Shown here in pieces: positions 20,696 through 31,216 of a stretch of 64,000 bases of DNA (position 1 is its first letter; each line of letters begins with the position of its first letter). Origin of the DNA: Candidatus Hermodarchaeota archaeon (GTDB lineage: Archaea; Asgardarchaeota; Lokiarchaeia; Sigyniarchaeales; SOKP01); the NCBI GenBank assembly GCA_048885525.1, contig JBHLLP010000002.1:75114-139113 (forward strand), read 5' to 3'. Below the pieces are notes generated by a model. It did no database searches. It worked only from the letters and a program-made list of their open reading frames with translations, and had not been told where the DNA came from. The position numbers and the translations under genes were made by a program.

Positions 20696-21970
20696 ATGAA
20701 ATATGAACTAGGAAAGGGATTTAACCATATGTTAGATAAAAAGAATTCAGTAATTTCTGCTTTAATAGATAGAGGAGTTAAAATACCGAATCCTGCTTCA
20801 GTTGAGATAGGCGAAGAAGTCGATATTAATCTAATATCATCTGAGAATGTTATAATACATTCTGGTTGTAAAATATTTGGTGAAAAAACAATTATTATGC
20901 CAGGAGTTAAGCTCGGTAGTAGATCTCCAGTTACTATTAAGAATTGTCAATTAGGAAAAGACGTAGAATTAAGAGGAGGTTATTTTGAAGAATCAACTTT
21001 TCTGGATTCTGCGAATATGGGTGATGGAGCTGAAGTCCGGGCAGGTTGTCTTTTAGAAGAGGAAGCTAATGGTGCTCATACAATAGGTCTTAAACAAACT
21101 GTTCTTTTTCCATTTGTTACATTAGGGAGTATTATTAACTTTTGTGATATTTTAATGGCAGGAGGGACGAGCAGAGCAAATCATAGTGAAGTAGGCAGTT
21201 CATATATTCATTTTAATTACACACCTAATCAGGATAAAGCAACTGCATCTTTAGTCGGAGATGTTCCTTATGGTGTTATGCTCAATCAACCTCCAATCTT
21301 TTTGGGCGGTCAAGGAGGATTGGTAGGGCCAAGTCAGATAGGATATAATACCACTATAGCTGCAGGAGTTATTTATCGTGGAGATTGTCCTCAAGGCCAT
21401 AAGCTTTTAATGGGAAAAGAACCTCAAAAAGAAGATAAAAATTTCTATCCTGGCCTCTATTGGAGTATTAAAAGAAGAGTTATAAATTCTATTGAATATA
21501 TTGCTAATATAATAGCTCTTAGACAATGGTACCTATATGTACGCTCTAAGTTTTATCAGGGTAATAATATGAAAAAGTTGCTCTATGAAGGTGCTGTTGA
21601 AAAGATTGAGATTATTTTTAATGAGAGAGTTAAACGATTCAAAGCACTAGCTAATAAGATGCAGAAGTCTATAGAATTATATAAATCGATTATGGATGAT
21701 AAAGCATCAGAAGAGTTAATCAAGCAAAAAAGAGAACTATTAGAGAATAATTCATATATAGAGAATGGTTTTATTGAATGTTTATCTTATTCCGGTGATA
21801 AGGAAAAAAGAGACGAATTTTTAAATAATTTAGATACATCAACTAAGGATTATATTAATGTAATAAAAAATTTAGATCAGCATAGTTTAGAACTTGGAAC
21901 TTCTTGGCTTTTAAGTATAGTTGAACAAACTCGTAAGACCATAATGAAATATCTTCCATCGTTTATTTAA
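20696..21970 (+). CDS. GlmU-related left-handed beta-helix protein without a nucleotidyltransferase domain
   Basis: RGVKIPNP, hexapeptide repeats, EVRAGCLLEE, HTIGLKQT, GSSYIHFNY, helical C-terminus. Confidence 0.7.
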   Translation: MKYELGKGFNHMLDKKNSVISALIDRGVKIPNPASVEIGEEVDINLISSENVIIHSGCKIFGEKTIIMPGVKLGSRSPVTIKNCQLGKDVELRGGYFEESTFLDSANMGDGAEVRAGCLLEEEANGAHTIGLKQTVLFPFVTLGSIINFCDILMAGGTSRANHSEVGSSYIHFNYTPNQDKATASLVGDVPYGVMLNQPPIFLGGQGGLVGPSQIGYNTTIAAGVIYRGDCPQGHKLLMGKEPQKEDKNFYPGLYWSIKRRVINSIEYIANIIALRQWYLYVRSKFYQGNNMKKLLYEGAVEKIEIIFNERVKRFKALANKMQKSIELYKSIMDDKASEELIKQKRELLENNSYIENGFIECLSYSGDKEKRDEFLNNLDTSTKDYINVIKNLDQHSLELGTSWLLSIVEQTRKTIMKYLPSFI

Positions 21971-21999
21971 TGTTTCTTTTTTCATTTTATAAACGTAAA

Positions 22000-23850
22000 T
22001 TAATGGACTGTAACAGTTTTCGATAAATTAAGCGGTTTGTCAGGATCTAAACCGTGAAGTAGAGAAGCGTAATACGCCAATAATTGTAACGCAGGTGTGA
22101 ACGTTATTGGACTGAAGATATTATAATATTTATTACCAGGTTGTGGTATTTCAATTGTTTTATCACTTAATTCCGAAATAATTTTATCGTCTTCAACAAC
22201 AAGAGAAATAATTTTGCCTCCTCTTGCCTTAAATTCCATTACATTTCCAATTAATCGTTGATAAGTCTCATCTGGGGGGGCAATGAATATAATAGGAAAT
22301 CCTTCTCTAACTAGAGAAATCGGTCCATGTTTAGCATGTGCGGCTGAATATCCTTCAATAAAACGACAAGCAACTTCTTTTAATTTCAAGCCTCCTTCTT
22401 TAGCAGTAGCGATTGATATTCCCCTTGCTAAAAAGAAAAATTGTGTGCTTTTTTCTAGAGTATTTACAATATTTTTAATCACATGAACCTTTTCATTCAA
22501 AAAATTTTCAATAATTTGCGGAGTAGATTGTAGGGCTATCTTATAATTTTTAATATCTGATTCTGATTCAACTTTTCTTAGTTTTGCAATCTCTAATGCA
22601 ATTAAAGCTAAAGTGAGCACTTGAGTACAATAGGTCTTAGTTGCCGCAACACCTATCTCTGGTCCAGCTTGAGTTACAATCACATGATCAGAATATCTAG
22701 TAAGTGTAGATCCCACTACATTTGTAATTGTTAAAATTTTTACATTTTTGTTATTTTTTGCCCATCTAATTGCTTCAATTGTATCAATTGTTTCACCGGA
22801 TTGTGAAAGCGCAATTATTACTGAATCATTTTTTAATGAATTGGATAATTGAGTTTGGAATTCAGAACATTCAATTGCTTGTATATATTTACCTAAAAAT
22901 CTTGTAATAATAAATTTCCCCGCCAAAGAAGCGTAAAAAGAAGTTCCTGCCGCAGTTATATAGATATTATCTGCGGACCATAAATGATTAGCAAAAATTC
23001 TTAATAGATCTTTAGAAATTTTCAGAGTTCGTCTCATTGCGTTTGGTTCTTCATATATTTCTTTTAACATAAAATGTTCATAACCTCCTTTTTCTGCAGC
23101 ATCAATATTCCATTCAATTAAATTTAATTCTTTCTCAATTTTTATATCATTCTTAAGATCATAGAATTCAACTTCACCTGCTTTTAGAACAGCAAGTTCA
23201 TCATCCTCCATAATATAACATTTTCTTGTTAATGGTAAAAAAGCAGGAATATCTGATGCTAAATAAGTAGTTTTATTTTCATCTATTCCAATTACTAATG
23301 GAGATTCTTTCCTCACAACAATTATTAAATCTGGATAATCAGCATGACAAACTGCTAATCCATATGCACCACTACATAACTCCAATGCTTTTATTACAGA
23401 GTCTTTTAAATTAAATCCTTCTTTCAATTTGCTTTCAATTAAATGAGGAATAACTTCTGTATCTGTATCAGATTTGAAAATATGACCTTTTTTAATGAGT
23501 TCTTTTCTTAAGTCTATAAAATTATCAATTATACCATTATGAACAACCGCAATTTTATTAGAACAATCCGTATGTGGGTGACTGTTGATTTTTGTAGGTG
23601 CTCCATGAGTAGCCCACCTTGTGTGTGCAAGAGCAAGTTTAGAGTCATTTGGGATATCTGCTAAATTGATTTTTTTTTGAATTTCATCAATTTTTCCTGA
23701 ATCTTTTTTAACAAATAAAGTAGAATTAGATAGAGAAACTATTCCACAGGAATCGTATCCTCGATATTCTAAGCGCTTAATTCCCTCAACTACGACTTTT
23801 CCTAAGGATAAATTGTTTTGATTTGTTATTATCCCAAAAATACCGCACAT
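22000..23850 (-). CDS. glmS: Glutamine--fructose-6-phosphate aminotransferase
   Basis: MCGIFG, LEYRGYDS, HTRWATHG, SQSGET, KHGP, NLSKTVTV. Confidence 0.98.
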   Translation of the reverse strand: MCGIFGIITNQNNLSLGKVVVEGIKRLEYRGYDSCGIVSLSNSTLFVKKDSGKIDEIQKKINLADIPNDSKLALAHTRWATHGAPTKINSHPHTDCSNKIAVVHNGIIDNFIDLRKELIKKGHIFKSDTDTEVIPHLIESKLKEGFNLKDSVIKALELCSGAYGLAVCHADYPDLIIVVRKESPLVIGIDENKTTYLASDIPAFLPLTRKCYIMEDDELAVLKAGEVEFYDLKNDIKIEKELNLIEWNIDAAEKGGYEHFMLKEIYEEPNAMRRTLKISKDLLRIFANHLWSADNIYITAAGTSFYASLAGKFIITRFLGKYIQAIECSEFQTQLSNSLKNDSVIIALSQSGETIDTIEAIRWAKNNKNVKILTITNVVGSTLTRYSDHVIVTQAGPEIGVAATKTYCTQVLTLALIALEIAKLRKVESESDIKNYKIALQSTPQIIENFLNEKVHVIKNIVNTLEKSTQFFFLARGISIATAKEGGLKLKEVACRFIEGYSAAHAKHGPISLVREGFPIIFIAPPDETYQRLIGNVMEFKARGGKIISLVVEDDKIISELSDKTIEIPQPGNKYYNIFSPITFTPALQLLAYYASLLHGLDPDKPLNLSKTVTVH

Positions 23851-24006
23851 TTTAAAATAAAAAGCATCTAAGATATTTTAATGTTTCATTTATTGATTGG
23901 TAGGATTGAGATTATTTGAGAAAATGATATATACTAATTTTTATATTAAAGTAGCCATTTTTTACATTAAATTTTTATATACAATTCTTTAATAAGGTAA
24001 TAAAAT

Positions 24007-24966
24007 TTGCCAATCAGCGTTATAATAACAAAAGATTTTAATCATATGAGTGAAGTAGCAGCGGAAATAGTTATAGAAAGTATTATCAATGGGCTAAATG
24101 AACAAGAAGAGTTTGTATTAGGTTTAGCTACTGGAAATTCACCTACGGGTCTTTATAAACATCTAGCAAAATCATTTAATTCTGGAAAAATAGATAGCAC
24201 AAAGATTCGTAGTTTTAATCTTGATGAATATATAGGACTTCCTGGTGAAAACCCCCAACAAAGAATGTTACACCCTGAGAGTTATTGTTATTTTATGATT
24301 CAAGAATTTTTTGGCCTTCTCGATAAAAAATTCATTGAAACATCTGTACCCTATGGTAATTTGATTGATCAGAAAAAATTAATAAATGAACTTAAAACAC
24401 ACCCAGAAGACTGGAAGGAATTAGGAACCAATGCTGGTAAGTCAATTGTTATCAAAGAAAATTCATCCTCAGATTATTTACAGTGGATTAGAAAAAGTTT
24501 ATTAGAAGAATATGCTCATAAAATAAATGATGCTGGAGGCATTGATTTACAAATAATAGGTGTTGGAGGTCGTGGTCATGTAGCTTTCCATGAATCGGGG
24601 ATCCCTTTTAAAGATAGTAGTCTTTTATTAGTAAAACTTGATGATAATACAGTTGAAAATGCTGTGGTCGATGGACATTTCTCTTCAAAAGAAGAATCTC
24701 CATTGTATGCCATCAGTATGGGTGTTGAATTAGTATATAAAGCAAAAAAAGTAATGTTATTAGCTAATGGAGAGCGTAAGGTTGAATCAATCTCAAAATC
24801 ATTATTAAATACCCCAACTCCTGAAATCCCTATATCTTATGGACAAATATATTCAGAAAATGGTGGCAATTTAATTTATATAATCGATAAGATTGCTGGG
24901 CGAAAACTTCTAGCTAATAAAAAAATATTAAAAGAAAAAGGATTTGAAATGAGACTCTTAATATAA
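24007..24966 (+). CDS. nagB: Glucosamine-6-phosphate deaminase/isomerase-like
   Basis: LGLATGNSP, FNLDEYIGL, GGIDLQIIGVG..GHVAFHE, AISMG. Confidence 0.85.
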   Translation: MPISVIITKDFNHMSEVAAEIVIESIINGLNEQEEFVLGLATGNSPTGLYKHLAKSFNSGKIDSTKIRSFNLDEYIGLPGENPQQRMLHPESYCYFMIQEFFGLLDKKFIETSVPYGNLIDQKKLINELKTHPEDWKELGTNAGKSIVIKENSSSDYLQWIRKSLLEEYAHKINDAGGIDLQIIGVGGRGHVAFHESGIPFKDSSLLLVKLDDNTVENAVVDGHFSSKEESPLYAISMGVELVYKAKKVMLLANGERKVESISKSLLNTPTPEIPISYGQIYSENGGNLIYIIDKIAGRKLLANKKILKEKGFEMRLLI

Positions 24967-25066
24967 AAATTATTTATGCTTTTTTTTATATTATCTATAA
25001 TTTTGATACTAAAAACATATTAAATCCATTAGAAAAAGCAAAAAAAATTTAAGAATTAAGAAAACC

Positions 25067-26494
25067 TTATATTAAATTTAATTTTTTCATTCGTTCTTGA
25101 GCAAGTTCGTTCAATGCTTTTGATTCTTCCAAACTTACACTTGATTCTCCAGAGAGCCTTAAATAAGGGCTTGTTCCAGAGCGTCTTATCAAAATCCATC
25201 CATCATTATAATCAAATCTTACTCCATCCATCTTGTTGATGTTTTTTATTTGTTTTCCTTCTATATCTAAAACTTCTTTTATTTCATCAGTGATTTTTTT
25301 ATTTATGTCCTCTGTAAAGGGTATATCTTTTTTTAATTTAAAGTTCGTGCTATAGTATGGATATATAGGAATATCTTCCAATAACTCTCGTAAGGTTTTT
25401 CCAGATTCAACAATCATCCTTAACACTTTAGCTATCGTGGCTAATGAATCAGGTCCTAGATGAGTTCTAGGCCATATGTATGTGCCAGAGGTTTCTCCTC
25501 CTAAAAAGCCTCCATGTTCTTTTAATGCTTGTGCGACTTTTATATCCCCAACTTCCGTGTAAATAACCTCACATCCAATAGGTGTCAATATATCTTCCAA
25601 TAAACTCGATGAATTAATTGCAGTAGTAACTTTTAGGTTTTCCTGAGGGATTTCATTTTTATATCTATTGAAGTAATCAACAGCCATTAATGCCAAAAGA
25701 CGAATTGGATCAACAATTTCTCCATCTTCATCTAAAAATATAACCCTATCGGCATCTCCATCAAGTGCTATTCCGATATCACTTGTATCTGAGGATTTCA
25801 GAAATTTTGAAAGCTTAATTAAATTTTCTTTGCTTGGTTCCGAATTACGCCCTGGAAATTTACCGTCCATTTGAGCATTAATGGTCATAATTTTTACATT
25901 ATAAGTGCTTAATAATTTTGGAGCTATATCGCATCCAGCTCCGTTTCCCGGATCAAGTATTACATGTAATGAACTTCCCTCAAATTTGATACGATTTGTA
26001 ATATCATCAATATGAATATCATTAATATCCTCAACATGCGTAACCTTTCCTACTTCATCCCAATTAATATCTATAAATTTTTTATCATTGTAAATTCTTT
26101 CAATTTCTTCTTCTTGTTCAGGTATGTACCCCATTCCAGACGGATTCCAAATTTTTAGACCGATATATTCGGGGGTATTATGAGACGCAGTAATCATAAC
26201 TCCACAATCTGCATTTAAAAATTTTTGCGACATTGCTAAAGTAGGAGTTGTGACTATACCTAAGGTTTTTACAGTGCAACCAGTGCTTACTAAACCAGAA
26301 ATTAAAGCATATTCTATTGGTAAAGCAGAAGTTCTAATATCTTTACCGATAACAACGGTACCTTTACCATTTAGATAGGTTCCCAATGCAAGACCTACAT
26401 CTAACGCCATTTGAGGTGTAAACATGACATCTGATTCACTATAATTTTGAAATACACGACGTATTCCAGATGTGCCAAACATAACTGTTGTCAT
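25067..26494 (-). CDS. glmM: Phosphoglucosamine mutase / phosphohexomutase
   Basis: FGTSGIR, ITASHN, DGDADR, GGETSG, RRSGT; located in the glm cluster. Confidence 0.88.
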   Translation of the reverse strand: MTTVMFGTSGIRRVFQNYSESDVMFTPQMALDVGLALGTYLNGKGTVVIGKDIRTSALPIEYALISGLVSTGCTVKTLGIVTTPTLAMSQKFLNADCGVMITASHNTPEYIGLKIWNPSGMGYIPEQEEEIERIYNDKKFIDINWDEVGKVTHVEDINDIHIDDITNRIKFEGSSLHVILDPGNGAGCDIAPKLLSTYNVKIMTINAQMDGKFPGRNSEPSKENLIKLSKFLKSSDTSDIGIALDGDADRVIFLDEDGEIVDPIRLLALMAVDYFNRYKNEIPQENLKVTTAINSSSLLEDILTPIGCEVIYTEVGDIKVAQALKEHGGFLGGETSGTYIWPRTHLGPDSLATIAKVLRMIVESGKTLRELLEDIPIYPYYSTNFKLKKDIPFTEDINKKITDEIKEVLDIEGKQIKNINKMDGVRFDYNDGWILIRRSGTSPYLRLSGESSVSLEESKALNELAQERMKKLNLI

Positions 26495-26828
26495 TTAATT
26501 ATCACCATTAATGAAAATAATTATTTTTTTCTATAAAGATGTTTTAATATACGATAAATTGAAGTAATGAAGATTATTAAATATATTTTCTGTATCTAAT
26601 GATAATCTAATCCATTAAATTCTATGTTTCAACTTCAAATTTACAAGAACTTATATAAATAAAAAAAAGGATACCATTAAAGTAATTCTTTGATTTTGTC
26701 AGATTTTTCATCTCTTAATTATTTTTAATAACTTAATTAAAAAAAGAAAAATATTAATTTCCTCAAATTCTATATAAATTAATATTATATTATGTTAAAA
26801 CTCTACCAGCTTTTTAGCTTTTCCCAAA

Positions 26829-28307
26829 ATGATTTACCAAGGACTTTTTAACATCTTAGATTTATACTTCAAGGAGATTGATCTTTTTTATAATAATATA
26901 GATCAATATTTCCGGGATAAAATCATTAACTTTTTTGAAGAAAGTCTTGTAAATGACAGTAATATTAACCAAAAGCTTGAAGAACTTACAAAGTTTGTTA
27001 TAAAACTTTTTGTGGACATTGGGTTTGAAGAATTTGAAATAGAGAAAGAATTTTTAGATCCTTTTCTAGAAATAAGAAATAAAGATGCTGAAGAAATAAC
27101 TTCGATTTTAGAATTGTATGAAAAAAAACTTGCACCAATAATTTATGAAATCTTTTTAGAGATAATTGTTGATTATCTTATAGATATTAAAGTTGCAACT
27201 TTAATGTTAAAACTAAAATCTGAAGGATTCCTAACAATTGAATTTATTATGGAACTGAGAAATTTAAAAAATCTAATTGAGAGAGATCCTGAAAAAAGGG
27301 AGAATTTAAAAAAATATATTCAAATTCAAGAGAAAATAATTGATAAATTTCAAAAGAATAAGGAGAAAATTGAAAGCCTTGAGGATCTTCAAGAACCAGA
27401 ATTTAAACTCCAAATATTATATTTGATTTATAGAATTATTCATTTCTTCCATCTTCAGAAAAAATTTGATTTCTCTCACATAAAATCATATTTAGAAGAA
27501 AATTTAGATGAATGGTTGATAGATGTTCCATTGGTTACACTAAAAAACCCAGATATTTATTATTGTGGAATTTATCTATCTAATCAACTGAATACCAATC
27601 TTGATAATAAAAAAATTAAAGAATTTTTGTTAAATTTGTTTAAAGAAGCAATAGAAAGATACGAATCCCCACTTATAGAAGCTACAGATGGCGCCTATTA
27701 TTTTGTTAAATCAACAGAATTGATGAAATTATGGCTCACTTATGAACAGATAAATAAAATTATTAAAGCAGATGCAAAATTTTTTGAATCTAATTATCTA
27801 AAAAACCTAGAAACATCTCAATTAGTTGTGATCTTAAAATTATACTATCATTTAGGAGTCAGTAGACTCGAACAAAAGATTAAAGCTATTAGCGAAGAAT
27901 TAGAGTTACGCATTACACCAGATGGAATAAAACAGTTTCGAGATGGTTTTGTTTCTTCAGAAGCCACTTATTATGTTCTTTTTTGTCATTACATGAATAA
28001 TTCACTTGAGAAGCTTAAGGATTTCGATTTACTAAAAGTTATTGTATCTCGGATCTATAGAAACTTAGAGCTCCTTGATTTTTCTGTAGATACGAACTAT
28101 GATCTATTGAGCGAATTATTTTATTCTATTGAAAGTTTAAAACTGTTTAATTGTATAGAAACTAAAGAAATGATAAAGCACTTAGCAAAGTATTTATTTC
28201 CTCAGGAAATATTTGATACTATCTCATCTAGTAAAGAAACAATTCGAGAAAAAGCAAAATTTAGACATTTAAAAGTAAATAAAATTACAGGAGAAACAAT
28301 TTATTAA
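26829..28307 (+). CDS. Conserved-looking all-helical hypothetical protein (possible alpha/alpha toroid C-half)
   Basis: 492-aa ORF; repeated 'xEATxxxYY' helices recall prenyltransferase-like repeats. Confidence 0.6.
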   Translation: MIYQGLFNILDLYFKEIDLFYNNIDQYFRDKIINFFEESLVNDSNINQKLEELTKFVIKLFVDIGFEEFEIEKEFLDPFLEIRNKDAEEITSILELYEKKLAPIIYEIFLEIIVDYLIDIKVATLMLKLKSEGFLTIEFIMELRNLKNLIERDPEKRENLKKYIQIQEKIIDKFQKNKEKIESLEDLQEPEFKLQILYLIYRIIHFFHLQKKFDFSHIKSYLEENLDEWLIDVPLVTLKNPDIYYCGIYLSNQLNTNLDNKKIKEFLLNLFKEAIERYESPLIEATDGAYYFVKSTELMKLWLTYEQINKIIKADAKFFESNYLKNLETSQLVVILKLYYHLGVSRLEQKIKAISEELELRITPDGIKQFRDGFVSSEATYYVLFCHYMNNSLEKLKDFDLLKVIVSRIYRNLELLDFSVDTNYDLLSELFYSIESLKLFNCIETKEMIKHLAKYLFPQEIFDTISSSKETIREKAKFRHLKVNKITGETIY

Positions 28308-28426
28308 CCCAAATTATCTTATTACCTATTTCTTTAATGATTTTAGCATTAATTAATATATTGACTAAAATTATAAATTAATCCTAATCATTTTAATAAG
28401 TTAATAAAAAAAAGCTACTGGTATTT

Positions 28427-29905
28427 ATGGTTTTTAAAGATTTTGATTTAATTTATAAAGATAACCGTTGTGAGATTAAAGATAAACAGAAGATAGAATT
28501 GAAATTAAAGGAAATTTTAGGGGATAACAATGTTTCAACAAAAAAAATTGATATTTTGGCTTATACCAAGGATACATCACTTATAACATTGAATTGGACA
28601 ATCCAAGGTCAAATTGCTGGATTACCAGATTTTGTAACATGGCCAGAAACTACAGAACAAATTAGCGAAATTCTAAAGTTTGCAAATCAAGAAAAGATTC
28701 CAATTATACCATATGGTGAAGGATCTGGAGTTGTTGGTGGAGCAATACCTATTCATGGTGGAATTATACTTGATATGAAGAAATTTAATAAAGTTCTTGA
28801 AATAAATGATAAAAATTTAACAGTTACTGCTCAAACAGGTATAAATGGAATGAATCTAGAGCGATATTTAAATAATAAAGGATATACAACTGGGCATATA
28901 CCCCAATCTCTTTATATTTCTTCTTTAGGAGGATGGATTGCACATCGAGCAGCTGGTCAATTTAGTACTAAATATGGAAAAATTGAAGATATAATATTAG
29001 GAATGGAAGTAATATTACCTCAAGGTGAAATTATTAATTTTAAAACCATCCCTAGGGCTGCAACAGGACCCCAATTAGATAGATTATTCATTGGAGGAGA
29101 AGGTACTCTTGGAATCGTTACAAAAGCCACTTTAAAAATTTGGCCTAATCCAGAAAAAAGATCATTACTCTCATATGCTTTTCCGACTATTGAGGATTCT
29201 TATAATGCTATTAGAGAAATTTTAAGGGAAAATATTTATCCCGCGGTAATAAGGATTTATGATCAAGGTGAAACCTCAAGGCATTTTCCAGACATAAATA
29301 ATGCAAAAGATAAAGTTATGGCAATATTTGTTTGTGAGGGAAATTCAAAACTAGTTGATTTAGAAGTTTCAATAACTATGGAAAAATGCGAGAAAAATTC
29401 TGGGGATGACTGTGGCTTACATCCTGTAGAACATTGGTTTGAGACAAGATTTAGAGTAACAGAAACTTCAGCAATGCCTCCATACAAAATAGTATTTGAT
29501 ACTATTGAAGTAGCTTCACTATGGGAAAATGCTTCAAAAGTTTATCATTCTGTTTTGGAATCAATGAAAAAGTTGCAAGGAATTATAGTGATTACTGCAC
29601 ATATTTCGCATTTTTATCCAAATGGTGTAGGGATTTATTTTAGTTTTGGTGGTGTTCCCGGAAAAGAAGAAACAGATTTGAAATACTACAAAAAATGCTG
29701 GAATACAGTAATTAAAAGTGTTTTAGAATCTGGTGGTTCAATCGCCCACCATCATGGAATTGGAATTAATAGAGCTCATTGGATGGAAAAAGAATGGGGA
29801 GCGTCTTTGAAAACATTAAAGGAAATAAAAAAATTACTAGATCCAAATAATATTCTAAATCCCGGTAAAGTTTATTCAGATATCTGGAATGGAGGTGAAA
29901 CATAA
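28427..29905 (+). CDS. FAD-binding oxidoreductase (VAO family), alkyl-DHAP-synthase-like
   Basis: PYGEGSGVVGG, GHIPQS..SSLGGWIA, GEGTLGIVT, DTIEVA, HISHFY..G..IYF, GSIAHHHGIG. Confidence 0.85.
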   Translation: MVFKDFDLIYKDNRCEIKDKQKIELKLKEILGDNNVSTKKIDILAYTKDTSLITLNWTIQGQIAGLPDFVTWPETTEQISEILKFANQEKIPIIPYGEGSGVVGGAIPIHGGIILDMKKFNKVLEINDKNLTVTAQTGINGMNLERYLNNKGYTTGHIPQSLYISSLGGWIAHRAAGQFSTKYGKIEDIILGMEVILPQGEIINFKTIPRAATGPQLDRLFIGGEGTLGIVTKATLKIWPNPEKRSLLSYAFPTIEDSYNAIREILRENIYPAVIRIYDQGETSRHFPDINNAKDKVMAIFVCEGNSKLVDLEVSITMEKCEKNSGDDCGLHPVEHWFETRFRVTETSAMPPYKIVFDTIEVASLWENASKVYHSVLESMKKLQGIIVITAHISHFYPNGVGIYFSFGGVPGKEETDLKYYKKCWNTVIKSVLESGGSIAHHHGIGINRAHWMEKEWGASLKTLKEIKKLLDPNNILNPGKVYSDIWNGGET

Positions 29906-31180
29906 ATGGGGGTCGAAGAAACATTAAAAAAATATAATTGGATTCTACCGTATATTCAAAATGCCGATAGAACAACAAGATCACTGATAATGAAAAATTT
30001 TAGGCAGAAAAAAGCAAATTTTTTTCCAGAAGGAGAATATAAAGCTGATGTGGACAACCTAATTAAATGCACGTTATGTCCTAATATGTGTAGGTTTGAT
30101 TGTGGGACATTGCAGGCATCATTAACTGAGACAATGAGTCCTGCTTATAAGGCTAGAATTGGCTATTATTTAACAACTGGGAAAATTGATCCTTTAGATA
30201 AAGAAAACAATGCCTTCATAGATTTAATGTATTTATGCACAAATGAAGAGAACTGTAAAATATGGTGCCCTTTTGAATTTTCAGTTGTATCACTTTTAGA
30301 AACTGTCAGAGATGATTTAAATGATAAAGGCTTGATGCCAGATTATTGTAAACAGCAGATTAATAAGTTAAATAAGACCAATACTATAGAAGAATATAAC
30401 ATTTTTGAAACTTATAAAGAAAAAGGAATAGAAAATATTGAAACCGAAGGAAATGATGATGTTTTCTATTATATTGGATGTGAATCAATGAAATTTCCAG
30501 AGGTAGTAAATGCAAATATCCAAATTTTAAAAAAAGCTGGAATCAAATTTTCCACCAATCTTGAGAAAAAAGTATGTTGTGGAGGTCCAGCTTTTAATAT
30601 AAGAGATCTTGAGACCGCTGAAAAATTTGCAAATAAAAATAACGAGCTTATAGCATCTACTGGAGCAAAAGTCATTGTATCAGATTGTCCCGGCTGTGTT
30701 TTAACATTAACAAATAGATATGAAAAAGCAGGAATTAAAACTGAAAAAGAAATTTTACATACTACTCATTTTTTTAAGAAATTATTCGATAATGGAAAAT
30801 TACAAGTTATAAGGAAGCTTCCAGATGATTATAAGCGAATAACAATCCATGATCCCTGCCTTATTGCAAGAAACTTAAATGATACAGAATCAATTAGAGA
30901 AATTCTTAATAAAATTCCAAATTTAGAAATTTTTGAACCAGTATATAACAAAGAGTATGTACATTGCTGTGGTTGGAGTGGAACAGCTCATTGGGCAGAT
31001 AAAGACTTAGCTATCAGAGAAGCACGGAATAGAATTAATGAATTAAAAGAAACTGAGGCAATAATTTTCATATCAGCATGTCCTCTCTGTGAATTAGGAC
31101 TATCTTATGGAATAGAAGATACAGAAAAAGAAAAATATAATATATTGGATATATCTGAAATATTAATAAGAGTATTATAA
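29906..31180 (+). CDS. GlpC/HdrD-like Fe-S oxidoreductase (two CCG domains)
   Basis: CTLCPNMC, C..C...CP, CCGG, DCPGC, HDPC, CCG, ACPLC; SD GGAGGTGA at 29891-29898. Confidence 0.88.
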   Translation: MGVEETLKKYNWILPYIQNADRTTRSLIMKNFRQKKANFFPEGEYKADVDNLIKCTLCPNMCRFDCGTLQASLTETMSPAYKARIGYYLTTGKIDPLDKENNAFIDLMYLCTNEENCKIWCPFEFSVVSLLETVRDDLNDKGLMPDYCKQQINKLNKTNTIEEYNIFETYKEKGIENIETEGNDDVFYYIGCESMKFPEVVNANIQILKKAGIKFSTNLEKKVCCGGPAFNIRDLETAEKFANKNNELIASTGAKVIVSDCPGCVLTLTNRYEKAGIKTEKEILHTTHFFKKLFDNGKLQVIRKLPDDYKRITIHDPCLIARNLNDTESIREILNKIPNLEIFEPVYNKEYVHCCGWSGTAHWADKDLAIREARNRINELKETEAIIFISACPLCELGLSYGIEDTEKEKYNILDISEILIRVL

Positions 31181-31216
31181 ATTGTTTATGTTAAAAATTT
31201 TTTAAAAAGTGATTAT

